A stretch of DNA of 64,000 nt, taken from an uncultured Desulfospira sp. Its GTDB lineage: Bacteria > Desulfobacterota > Desulfobacteria > Desulfobacterales > Desulfobacteraceae. The stretch covers positions 3,840,001 to 3,904,000 of the forward strand of contig OY760175.1 of the NCBI GenBank assembly GCA_963663165.1, written 5' to 3'. The translations under genes and the position numbers were made by a program. Numbering within the stretch: the first letter of the stretch is position 1; every line of letters starts with the position of its first letter. Of this stretch, positions 37,586-46,873 are shown piece after piece. Under the pieces are notes generated by a model. It was given only the letters and a program-made list of their open reading frames with translations. It did no database searches and was not told the DNA's origin.

Positions 37586-38431
37586 TTAATATTCTCCTGG
37601 TGTCTTTTGTAATTCTTCCAGCGTAAACACCGGGCCGTCTTTGCAGACCAGTTCCCGGCCGATATTGCACCGGCCGCACATGCCGAATCCGCACTTCATC
37701 CGGTTCTCAAGGCTCATAATAATATCAGAGTCGGTATAGCCCAGATCCTGAAGCACGGGCCGGGTGAACTTGATCATAATGGGCGGACCGCAGACAATGG
37801 CCAAGGTGGACCCGTCTGCTTTGGGGGCGCACTCCCCGGTCACCGTGGGAACAAATCCCGTGTGATAGGCCCAGTCAGGATCATCAGTGCCGTCAACGGT
37901 GATGTGCATGTTGATGTCATCGCGTTTTTCCCATTCCACCAACTCGTCCCTGTAAAGCAGCATGCCCGGATGCCGGGCCCCGTATACCACGTCAATGTTG
38001 CCGAACCGTTTCCGGTTTTGGGGGTCCAGCATCATGTGGACGGTGGACCGCAGTGTGGTAAAGGCAAACCCGCCGCCAATCACCAGCAGGTTTTTTCCCT
38101 CTATCCGGTCCATGGGGAACCCGTTTCCCATGGGACCCCGAAGCCCCATGAAATCGCCTTCTTTCATGTTATGAAGATGACGGGTGACTTTCCCGGTCTT
38201 GAACACCGTGAACTTGATAATGGGTTTTTCCAGGGGAGAGGATGCAATCCCGATGGGAATCTCGCCCACCCCGGGGATGGACAGCATGCCGAACTGGCCG
38301 CAGTTAAAGTCAAAGGCTTTCTCGTCTGCCGGGTCATCAAAGGCAAAGGTAAATGTTTTCAAAGAAGCATCACTGGTTTCCGTGGTGATTTTCTGTATTT
38401 TGACCGGGTAAGGTTTGTACGGATTTATCAT
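37586..38431 (-). CDS. flxA: FAD/NAD-binding oxidoreductase subunit FlxA (AsrB/PyrK-like)
   Basis: GQFGML, RGPMGNGF, IGGGFAF, CGPPIM, MKCGFGMCGRC...VCKDGPVF; start MINPY. Confidence 0.85.
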   Translation of the reverse strand: MINPYKPYPVKIQKITTETSDASLKTFTFAFDDPADEKAFDFNCGQFGMLSIPGVGEIPIGIASSPLEKPIIKFTVFKTGKVTRHLHNMKEGDFMGLRGPMGNGFPMDRIEGKNLLVIGGGFAFTTLRSTVHMMLDPQNRKRFGNIDVVYGARHPGMLLYRDELVEWEKRDDINMHITVDGTDDPDWAYHTGFVPTVTGECAPKADGSTLAIVCGPPIMIKFTRPVLQDLGYTDSDIIMSLENRMKCGFGMCGRCNIGRELVCKDGPVFTLEELQKTPGEY

Positions 38432-39516
38432 GATGCCACCTCCCCTTGTTTCTTGTTTCCTGTTTCTTGTATCTTGTCCAAGGTGGTGATGATGTCCCTG
38501 ATGTCGATGTTGACCGGGCAGGCCGATACGCACCGTCCGCACCCCACGCACATGATGCCCTTTTCATATTTATCGCTGAAATATTTGAGCTTGTGCATGA
38601 ACCGGTTCCTGAAGCGCTGGGCCCCTTTTTCCCGGGGGTTATGGCCCGAGGCATGGGCTGAGTAAAGATCGCTCATGCAGGTGTCCCACAACCGCACCCT
38701 TATCCCCTTGTCTCTTTTCACCTCGTCCTGGATGTCAAAGCACCAGCAGGTGGGGCAGGAAAAGGTACAGGTGCCGCAGTTGATACAGGCAAAGGCTAAG
38801 GCATCCCAGTCCGTGTCATTGTAAAGGGACAGGGTGTCGGCCTTTAAGATATTGTCAAAAGCAGGCCCTTCGGGAATAAGCTTTTCGGCCGCTTCCTTGA
38901 GCTGGGCCATCTGCTGTTCAATGGCTTGGTCCCCTTCTTCAAACCCGGCTGCCTTTGAAAATGCCTCGCCCTTAGGGGTTAAGACCTTGCCGATAAACCC
39001 GTCTCCAACTTCCGCCAGGAGGATGTCCAGGCTTGATTCGTCAAAGGGGCCGGTGCCGCAGGCCAGAGAAAAATTGGTGGCATCCGGCTGATTTTCAGCA
39101 AGCCCGATCAGGGTTAAGGCCTCAATGCGCCGGATAAAGTAGGGGTCTTTGTACTCGCTGGTATCAAAGTTGAGTTTAAGCAGGTCAAAGGCCCTGGCAT
39201 CATAGGGCCGTATCCCCACAACTGCCAGGGGGGCATTGTCCGGCTCAATGGCGGTCAGGCTCAGGGACCTGGGGGCATCGACGGTTTCCTTTTTGACCTG
39301 GACCGGATAGGAGAATAAGGGCTCAACTGGGGGAAAAACCAGGGATTTGGGGGACAGACTTGTTTTTTTGTATGACAGATCCGGGGTTTCATTCGCTTGA
39401 AGACGCCGGAATTCGAAAGCCTCGCCTGTCCGGACAGGTCCTGCCAGAGCATAACTTTGCCTTGCCTTTGCCATGGCAGCGGCCAGATCCTGTTTTGAAA
39501 ATCTGATATATTTCAT
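38428..39516 (-). CDS. flxB: Fe-S protein FlxB (AsrA-like)
   Basis: CINCGTCTFSCPTCWC, RFMHKL, CVGCGRCVSACP. Confidence 0.82.
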   Translation of the reverse strand: MKYIRFSKQDLAAAMAKARQSYALAGPVRTGEAFEFRRLQANETPDLSYKKTSLSPKSLVFPPVEPLFSYPVQVKKETVDAPRSLSLTAIEPDNAPLAVVGIRPYDARAFDLLKLNFDTSEYKDPYFIRRIEALTLIGLAENQPDATNFSLACGTGPFDESSLDILLAEVGDGFIGKVLTPKGEAFSKAAGFEEGDQAIEQQMAQLKEAAEKLIPEGPAFDNILKADTLSLYNDTDWDALAFACINCGTCTFSCPTCWCFDIQDEVKRDKGIRVRLWDTCMSDLYSAHASGHNPREKGAQRFRNRFMHKLKYFSDKYEKGIMCVGCGRCVSACPVNIDIRDIITTLDKIQETGNKKQGEVAS

Positions 39517-39586
39517 GGAGGTTCCTCTTTGAGAGCTGTTAGCTGTTAGCTGTTAGCCGTTAGCTTTTAACGGCGTTCAGACGCAA

Positions 39587-40549
39587 TCACCGGATAAATT
39601 CGTTGGGATCCTTTAAGCTGAACTGGTCCAGGGCCGGCCGGCTGTCGGGATTCATTCCCGTTTCCCAGCCATAGGCCTGTTTACAGTCATAAATGGTCTT
39701 TCGGGTAAAGGCCCGCATTTTAATATCCATGGGACAGGCGGCCTCACACGCCCCGCAGTCCGTACAGCGGCCCGCGTCGTGAAAGGCACGGACCAGGTGA
39801 AAGGTCATCACGTCGGTGGGGTCACAGGTCTTGCCCACCCATTGGGGCGCTGACTCGTCCACAAAACAGGTGGGACAGTAGCACAGGGGGCAGGCGCTGC
39901 GGCAGGCATAGCACCGGATACACGAAGAGACCATATCGGCAAAAAAGGCCTTTCTTTTTTCCGTGTCCATGGCCGTAATGCCGGTCACGTCTTTGAACCG
40001 GTCCTCTCCCATGTCAAGCTCATCCACTTTTTCCCCGACAAGCTCATCAAACATCACCGGATTCCGGCTGATACAGGTTTTACAGTTGTCCTGGAGCAGA
40101 TCGGCCCTGGCCAGGCGTTTTTCGCCGGTGGCAAGGGTAAGCACCAATTCCTCTCCTTGTTCTGTCATGGAAAGGATGTCCCCGCCGGCCTGTTTAAAAA
40201 GCCTGGTTTTATCCACCATTCCCGTACAGGGAAGGCCAATGATATGAATCTGTTCCCGGCGGTACCGGTTTTCCTGGATCTGAGTGACCATGTTACGGCT
40301 GTCACATCCCTTGGCAAAGACGGCTATGCGGCCCGTTTCCCCCTTGAACCGGTCCGGGTTCAAATAGGCGGCAAGGTTCATCCGGCAATGGGCGTTAAAC
40401 ATCAGTTTCTTTGCCTGTTCAGGGGTTCTGGCCATAAAGGGCTGGGTCATCCAGGGCAGGCTGCCCCGGCAGTAGCCGATAACGGCATCCACCTCTCCTT
40501 TTTCCAACAGGCCGGCGGCCATACTTTGAATGTCCTGGTTGGTTGTCAT
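39587..40549 (-). CDS. flxC: Fe-S protein FlxC (FrhB/FdhB-like)
   Basis: KGCDSR, CIRCYACRSACPLCYC..C, GRCTDCGACEAACP. Confidence 0.82.
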   Translation of the reverse strand: MTTNQDIQSMAAGLLEKGEVDAVIGYCRGSLPWMTQPFMARTPEQAKKLMFNAHCRMNLAAYLNPDRFKGETGRIAVFAKGCDSRNMVTQIQENRYRREQIHIIGLPCTGMVDKTRLFKQAGGDILSMTEQGEELVLTLATGEKRLARADLLQDNCKTCISRNPVMFDELVGEKVDELDMGEDRFKDVTGITAMDTEKRKAFFADMVSSCIRCYACRSACPLCYCPTCFVDESAPQWVGKTCDPTDVMTFHLVRAFHDAGRCTDCGACEAACPMDIKMRAFTRKTIYDCKQAYGWETGMNPDSRPALDQFSLKDPNEFIR

Positions 40550-40980
40550 ATGGCCACCTCCGGCAGTTTTTTAATCAGATGGGTGGCAGGCCCTAAGGCG
40601 GCAACCTCAGCAATGACCTGCCGGGCCACTTCGGAAAACTTGACCCCTTCGGCCGAGGAGATCCAGGAGAACTGGAGACGGCCCGGTTCCAGGCCCGTAT
40701 ACTCTAACAGCTCTTTTAAGAGATGAAATTTTCTGCGGGCATAATAATTGCCCTCAATATAATGACAGTCTCCGGGATGGCACCCGGAAATCCAGACCCC
40801 GTCGGCCCCGTTCCGGATAGCATGAAGGATCATCTTGGCCGACACCCTGCCCGAGCAGGGAACCCGGACAATCCGCATGTTGGGCGGATATTGAAACCGG
40901 CTCACCCCGGCCAGATCGGCAGCACCGTATGAACACCAGTTGCACAGAAACGTTACAATTTTCGGTTCGAATTCAGTCAT
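40546..40980 (-). CDS. flxD: MvhD-like [2Fe-2S] subunit FlxD
   Basis: FLCNWCSYGAAD, VPCSGRV, GCHPGDCHY, WISSAEG. Confidence 0.9.
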   Translation of the reverse strand: MTEFEPKIVTFLCNWCSYGAADLAGVSRFQYPPNMRIVRVPCSGRVSAKMILHAIRNGADGVWISGCHPGDCHYIEGNYYARRKFHLLKELLEYTGLEPGRLQFSWISSAEGVKFSEVARQVIAEVAALGPATHLIKKLPEVAI

Positions 40981-40992
40981 TTTAATTCCTTA

Positions 40993-41090
40993 TGGGGTAT
41001 GGGATTTGGGATATGGGACTTGGGGCCGTTATACACTTTCTGTTTCTCAAACCCCAAGTCCCAAATCTCAAGTCCCAAGTCTAATATCTA
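40993..41090. repeat. Inverted arrays of heptamer repeats (TGGGAYT / TCCCAAG)
   Basis: About 5 units at 40993-41025 facing about 6 complementary units at 41045-41090. Confidence 0.75.
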
Positions 41091-44000
41091 ACAGGCAAAA
41101 TCCACCATAGCCATAATCTGGGACTCCTCAAACCCGGCAAGCCCGGCGGCACCGGAGCGGCAGGAAGACACGCACAGGCCGCATCCCTTGCAAAGCACCG
41201 GATTGACGGCGGCCTTGCCGGCAAACCGTCCCTCTTCGATAAAGTAAGGGGCATTGTAGGGACAGACCGCCACGCAGACCCCGCAGGAACTGCACAGGTT
41301 GACATCCACCGATGCGGTGTTGCCAAGGGTCTTGATTTCGGTTTTGGCAAACAGCCGGCACACACCAGCAGCGGCGGCCTGGGCCTGGGCAATGGATTCG
41401 TCAATGGGCTTGGGATAATGGGCAAGGCCGGCCAGGAATACCCCGTCCACGGCAAAGTTGGACGGTGCCAGCTTAACATGGGCTTCGGCAAAGAACCCGT
41501 CACTGTCCATGGGCACCTTGAACATTTTGGCCAGTTCCTCGTCCCTTGTGGAAACCACGGCCGATGCCAGGATCAGAAGATCGGTTTCAATCTCTATGGG
41601 CTGTCCCAGGACATGGTCTGTGACCTGAACGGCTAAGGTGTTCCCTTTATCTGAAACCACCGGCTTATCCGATACATTGTACCGAATAAAGATCACCCCA
41701 AGCTCCCGGGCCTTCTGGTATAGCAGCTCTTTTTCCCCGTAGGTCCGGATATCCCGGTACAGGATATATACGTCCATGTCCGGGGTTTTCTCCTTGAGAT
41801 GGATGGCCGAGGAAATGGAATGGGAACAGCAGACCCTGGAGCAGTATGGCCGGTCCGGTTCTCTTGACCCCACACACTGGATAAAGACCGCCGTCTCAGC
41901 CTTTTCAACCAGATCGGTCTTGTCCATGATCTGCCGGTCAAGCTCCAGGCTGGTCACCACCCGGCTGTCCTGGCCGTAAAGGTACTCGGCAGGTTTGTAC
42001 TCCTCACCGCCCACGGCAATAATGGCGGCCCCGTGACGGATCTTGGCCGGTGCAGGCCCGTCAATGGTGGTATCAAAGTTGCCCACAAAGCCTTGAACTT
42101 CATCAAGGACACTGGACAGGTGAACCGTGATCCCGGAATGGTCCGTCACCTTCTGACACAGGTCGGCCAGTTCTTTTTGAACATCCACACCCGTGGCGGT
42201 CTGATATATATTGAGGGCGTTGCCGCCCAGGCGGTCTGATTTTTCCACCAGGTCCACTTTATACCCCTGGTCGGCCAGGGACAGGGCCGAGGCCATGCCG
42301 GTGATGCCGCCGCCCACTACCAAAAGGCCCTTGTCAATGGAGAGGCTCTCCTCTTTCAGGGGCTTAAACAGCGCCACCTTGGCCACGGCCATGGCCACAG
42401 AGTCCATGGCCTTCTGGGTGGCTTTTCCCGGGGTGTCCTTGTGGACCCAGGAGTTATGGTTTCGAATATTGACCATCTCAAACAGGTACTTGTTGATGCC
42501 GGCGGCGGCCAGGGTTTCCTGGAACAGCGGGTCATGGGTCCGGGGACTGCACGCTGCCACAATCACCCGGTTCAATCCCTTTTCACGAATGAGTGCTGCA
42601 ATCTTGTCCTGGGTATCCTGGGAACAGGAGTAAAGGTTGTTGTCGGCAAACTCCACAAAGGGAAGGGTGGCCGCAAAATCCCGCACTGCCGGGACATCCA
42701 CCACAGACCCGATGTTAATGCCGCAGTGACAGACAAATACACCGATCCGGGGCACATCCGCAGATACATCCCGTTCTTCGGGCGGGACTATGGTCTTGAC
42801 CAGGGTCCCCCGGCTTTCGGCAATAGCGGATCCGGCAGACAGGGCAGCGGCACCGGCTTCAATGACCGACTGGGGGATATCCTTGGGTCCCTGGAAAGCG
42901 CCGCACACATAAATGCCGTCCCTGGATGTGGCCGTGGGGGTAAAACTCAATGTTTTACAGAACCCCTGTTCGGTCAGGTCAATGCCGATTTTCCCGGCCA
43001 GGGCACGGGTTTCTTCATGGATCTCCATGCCTACGGAGAGGACCACCAGGTCGAACTGTTCCTGGTCCAGGGTCTGGTTTTGCTCGTCAAAATAGGTAAT
43101 GGTCTGGTTGGGCTGGCCCGGGTTCTGGTGAACCGAATGGACCCGGCACCGGACAAACTTGATGCCGTGCTTTTCTTTTGCCTCGTTATAGCAGGCTTCA
43201 AACCCTTTGCCGTGGGTTCTCATGTCCATGTAAAAAATGGTACAGTCCAGGGACGGATCATGTTCCTTGGCAATAATGGCCTGCTTGATGGCATACATAC
43301 AGCAAACTGAAGAACAGTGGCGGTTATCACATTTGTTCATGTCCCTTGAGCCCACGCACTGGAGCCAGGCAATGGCCTTGGGCTCGGCATGGTCGGACAG
43401 TCTTATCACATGCCCCATATGGGGGCCTGAAGCCGATAAAAGCCGTTCAAATTCCAGGGAGGTGACCACGTCCGGCGTGGTGTTCCAGCCGTAGACCTGA
43501 GAATTCCCGGGATGATAGGGCTTGAACCCCGGGGCCAGGATAACGGCACCCGCGTTCAGGGTAAAGGTCTTGTCCCGGTCCTGGTAGTTGACGGCCCGGG
43601 CCGGACAGACATTTTCGCAGATACCGCACCGTTCCATGTTCAGCTGGATACACTGGGCGGGATCAATACAGAACTTTAAGGGAACCGCCTGGGCATAGGG
43701 AACATAAATGGCCTTTCGTTTGGCCAGCCCCTCATTGTACATATCGATCACTGTTTTGGGGCATTTTTCCGCGCAGAACCCGCAGGCCACACATTTGTCC
43801 GGGTCCACGTACCGGGCTTTCTGGAAAATCTCAACTTGAAAATTTCCCTTTTCACCTTTGATATCCTTGATATCGGCCAGGGTGACCAGCTCAATGTTGA
43901 TGTGCCGTCCTACTTCAACCAGCTTGGGGGACATGATACACATGGAACAGTCATTGGTCGGAAAGGTCTTGTCCAGTTGGGCCATGACCCCGCCAATGGC

Positions 44001-44117
44001 AGGGCTTTTCTCCACCATGTACACATAATATCCGGAATCGGCCAGATCCAGGGCCGCCTGAATGGCTGCGATGCCGCCTCCGGCTATCAGTACCGAGCCC
44101 AAGGGTTTGTCAGTCAT
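41088..44117 (-). CDS. hdrA: Heterodisulfide reductase subunit A-like flavoprotein, long two-FAD-domain form
   Basis: GGGIAA, LDKTFPTNDC, QCVGSR...CSSVCC, FQGPKDIP, VGGGITG, AHYPK, terminal 2x[4Fe-4S]. Confidence 0.93.
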   Translation of the reverse strand: MTDKPLGSVLIAGGGIAAIQAALDLADSGYYVYMVEKSPAIGGVMAQLDKTFPTNDCSMCIMSPKLVEVGRHINIELVTLADIKDIKGEKGNFQVEIFQKARYVDPDKCVACGFCAEKCPKTVIDMYNEGLAKRKAIYVPYAQAVPLKFCIDPAQCIQLNMERCGICENVCPARAVNYQDRDKTFTLNAGAVILAPGFKPYHPGNSQVYGWNTTPDVVTSLEFERLLSASGPHMGHVIRLSDHAEPKAIAWLQCVGSRDMNKCDNRHCSSVCCMYAIKQAIIAKEHDPSLDCTIFYMDMRTHGKGFEACYNEAKEKHGIKFVRCRVHSVHQNPGQPNQTITYFDEQNQTLDQEQFDLVVLSVGMEIHEETRALAGKIGIDLTEQGFCKTLSFTPTATSRDGIYVCGAFQGPKDIPQSVIEAGAAALSAGSAIAESRGTLVKTIVPPEERDVSADVPRIGVFVCHCGINIGSVVDVPAVRDFAATLPFVEFADNNLYSCSQDTQDKIAALIREKGLNRVIVAACSPRTHDPLFQETLAAAGINKYLFEMVNIRNHNSWVHKDTPGKATQKAMDSVAMAVAKVALFKPLKEESLSIDKGLLVVGGGITGMASALSLADQGYKVDLVEKSDRLGGNALNIYQTATGVDVQKELADLCQKVTDHSGITVHLSSVLDEVQGFVGNFDTTIDGPAPAKIRHGAAIIAVGGEEYKPAEYLYGQDSRVVTSLELDRQIMDKTDLVEKAETAVFIQCVGSREPDRPYCSRVCCSHSISSAIHLKEKTPDMDVYILYRDIRTYGEKELLYQKARELGVIFIRYNVSDKPVVSDKGNTLAVQVTDHVLGQPIEIETDLLILASAVVSTRDEELAKMFKVPMDSDGFFAEAHVKLAPSNFAVDGVFLAGLAHYPKPIDESIAQAQAAAAGVCRLFAKTEIKTLGNTASVDVNLCSSCGVCVAVCPYNAPYFIEEGRFAGKAAVNPVLCKGCGLCVSSCRSGAAGLAGFEESQIMAMVDFAC

Positions 44118-44852
44118 GGGATACTCCTTTGATAATTGGTGAGTTGGGGGGAATTAAGGAAGACAGGGGCAGATAGAGGGCAGCACCCATTGCCCAGGTG
44201 ATACCGGCACTGAAACCGTCGCCCGGGAGCAATGGTTCCAACTGGTCCCTGATGCCGATAGCGTTACAAACATTTTTCAGGGCATTTTGCATAAGCCCGT
44301 TTCCTCTTAAATTTACCGCATGAAACAGCAACCACATGTTACTTTATGATAAGGGGAAACCGGCTGGTTTCTAATGGCTGTCGGCAGGCGATTTCCCCGT
44401 TATATCTTGCACCAGCCGGTCACGGGCGGTGCGTGCTAAGCTGCCTCAGTGTCTGTTGGGAAAATCAGCCATAAGCGCCTTTTTCTAAAAGCTTTTGTTA
44501 TGTTGCGGCCCTGAAAATAAGCCGTTTAAACTTTAAAAAATTATAAGAAATCAATAGGTTTGGCAAATTGATAATTCTTATGCCCTCTTATTTGCGACAT
44601 CGAAATATTCAATTTGTTTGATTTGTGACGGAGGGGTGGACGCATTTAATATCAAATGCGTTGTTTAACCCGTGTGGCAGGGGCAAATTAAAGCAGTAAA
44701 AGAAGAATTGATTTCAGCATTCTTTGAATAACATTTTTAATAGCATCATGGGAAAGCCGGCCAATAATTTGGGCATCCCAACTGCTTTTCAAGGATGAAT
44801 GTACCGGTGTCCCATCTCATCAGGTTGGGGTGTGGAAAGCATGAATTATTTT

Positions 44853-45707
44853 TCAGTTGGCTGATTTTATATCTTTAATCAGTGTTTTTATCTCAGAGGA
44901 GATCACATTCTGTTCTTTTATCATTTTTGCGAGGTTATATCGGTGGTCATCTTTGAGTTCATATTTTGATTGAAGTCTTAAAATCAATCGTTTGCCGTCA
45001 ATAATGCGGCTAAGACGCCAATATTGATCAAGGTTGTTGTTGCCATCGCAAAAGGCTAATAATCGCGTAGATACACTTTCGAAGTCGCATTCAACATGGC
45101 GTTTATCCAGATGTTCAATGCATTTGGCTTTTATTTGTGCCGGATTGTTCTCTCCGGAAACAAAGTGTGGGACCAACGCTTTTTCACCGGCCATATGCAA
45201 GCAAATATTGGTGGCTGTCACAGGGACAAGATTTTGAGATTGTTGTAAAAGCTGATCTGAAAGCAAATCGTTATCTATACCATCCGGAGAATATTTCCCG
45301 TAATCGGTAAGGAGGGCAAAAATAACTTTTGGATTTAAGAGGTAGTTTTCAATTTCCCATCGGCCAAGGGGTCTGATGTAATCCCCAAAAGGCCTGCTCC
45401 TCTGATAAATTCGATCATCATTTTCCCAAAACAAATCCCACGCATTTTCACGCATCAAGGCATCTCGATCAACGATTCCAAATGAGGGGATCCCCATGGA
45501 ACGATCTTTATCCACAAATCCCACCACTGTTGCACATCCCCCGGACCCGCCATTTTTACTGGATAAAAATTCAATGAATTCACCTTCGTCAAAAAACCAG
45601 CGCTGGAAAATTGCCAGATCAGTTTTAGATTCAAGATAAATCAGTTTGCGTCCGGAATACTTGCCGTCAACCGTATCAGATTTATTTAATGACTTGAATG
45701 TCGCCAT
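44853..45707 (-). CDS. TOPRIM-type (OLD/DUF4435-like) nuclease
   Basis: IYLES..D, GGC..V, GIVDRD, EIENYLL, DGK motifs. Confidence 0.7.
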   Translation of the reverse strand: MATFKSLNKSDTVDGKYSGRKLIYLESKTDLAIFQRWFFDEGEFIEFLSSKNGGSGGCATVVGFVDKDRSMGIPSFGIVDRDALMRENAWDLFWENDDRIYQRSRPFGDYIRPLGRWEIENYLLNPKVIFALLTDYGKYSPDGIDNDLLSDQLLQQSQNLVPVTATNICLHMAGEKALVPHFVSGENNPAQIKAKCIEHLDKRHVECDFESVSTRLLAFCDGNNNLDQYWRLSRIIDGKRLILRLQSKYELKDDHRYNLAKMIKEQNVISSEIKTLIKDIKSAN

Positions 45708-45722
45708 GAAAAATTTCCGATC

Positions 45723-46871
45723 TTATAAATTTTCTTCAATTATGTGTCCGCCTTTTCTCAATCCGGCTTCTTTTGTTTCAAACTCAAAGCCTTTAAGAAT
45801 TTCCCTTGAATGAGTCGTCGCAATAACATGTATTCCAGGCGTTTCAACCACAATTTGTTTTAGAATGTTCAAAATCCGATGCTGCCATTTGGGATGAAGA
45901 TGAACATCCACTTCATCAATCACAATCCAGGTATTCCGGGTCATATGTGCCCCGATCCGAAGCATCATCTGGGCCAGGCTTTTTTCTCCACTGCTCAGCC
46001 GGTCCAGCCTGTGCCTGGACCCTTTATTTGAAATCACGGCCTGTGGCGGATCCTTTTCAACCTCCTCAAGACGCTTATGGGTCCCTTTAAATACCCACTG
46101 GTTGACGTCTTCTATGGCCCTCTGGAAACGATCTTCGTCAATCCACTTGAGCCAGATCAGAAGATTATCAAGGGAATGGTTCCATTCTGCCCTTGAGAGA
46201 AACGGCTTAACCGGACGGTATCTCCAATCTTCCGGTGCTACAATTGCCCTGTCATAGTCTTCAATTTTAGGGATATCCCTGTATGCAGAAAAGTAGAGCA
46301 AAGTCGGTTCGGCAACCCCGCTGTCTCCAAATCCGTCAGGAGGAACGGACATCTGGTTTTGAATGGACCCCAGAAGGTCCTGAATAAAGGTATCACTGGC
46401 TCCGATTTTTTCCATTCGCCCGGAGAAATGGCGCCTGTAGCCGAAGCGATTCCAGGACCCTGCACCGGCAGATTTTAATTCAGAGTCTGTCCAGGCCCGG
46501 ATTGAAGCGGTGTCTTTGGGGCCTGCAATCAGGGACAGAACGGCACTTTGCTGTTCCTGGTTCTGATAGAACCTTACCAAAATATCAAGCTGAGCCCGGG
46601 AGGGGTCTTTTCCCAACATCTCAACCCGGTCAAGGTCTTCATGCCCGAAGGATGTCGGATTCTCCTTTTCAAGCATCCCCATCAGGGTCACCATTACATC
46701 CAGTAATGTCGTCTTTCCCTGCCCGTTTTCGGAAATAAGGAGAAACATATTGCAGGGATCTCCATTTCCATCTGTAAAATCCAGCTCAAACCTATCCCTG
46801 AAAGGGCCGATATTTTCCACCCACATGCGGATGGGCTCAAATCCCTGAATGCTAAAATCACCTGCAGGCAT
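45723..46871 (-). CDS. ABC-type (AAA_21/OLD-like) ATPase
   Basis: SENGQGKTT, signature LSSGEK, IDEVDVHLHPKWQ, ATTHS. Confidence 0.88.
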   Translation of the reverse strand: MPAGDFSIQGFEPIRMWVENIGPFRDRFELDFTDGNGDPCNMFLLISENGQGKTTLLDVMVTLMGMLEKENPTSFGHEDLDRVEMLGKDPSRAQLDILVRFYQNQEQQSAVLSLIAGPKDTASIRAWTDSELKSAGAGSWNRFGYRRHFSGRMEKIGASDTFIQDLLGSIQNQMSVPPDGFGDSGVAEPTLLYFSAYRDIPKIEDYDRAIVAPEDWRYRPVKPFLSRAEWNHSLDNLLIWLKWIDEDRFQRAIEDVNQWVFKGTHKRLEEVEKDPPQAVISNKGSRHRLDRLSSGEKSLAQMMLRIGAHMTRNTWIVIDEVDVHLHPKWQHRILNILKQIVVETPGIHVIATTHSREILKGFEFETKEAGLRKGGHIIEENL

Positions 46872-46873
46872 CT

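Noticed and set aside
37093..44117. Selenocysteine recoding in HesB, FlxD/MvhD or HdrA
   Set aside because: The positions that are often Sec are TGC/TGT Cys codons and the ORFs have no in-frame TGA
44110..44337. 75-aa ORF upstream of hdrA as an hdrB/hdrC remnant
   Set aside because: No CCG or ferredoxin motifs recognisable in the frames examined
44328..44342. Sigma54 promoter for hdrA (minus strand TAACATGTGGTTGCT)
   Set aside because: Lacks the invariant -24 GG
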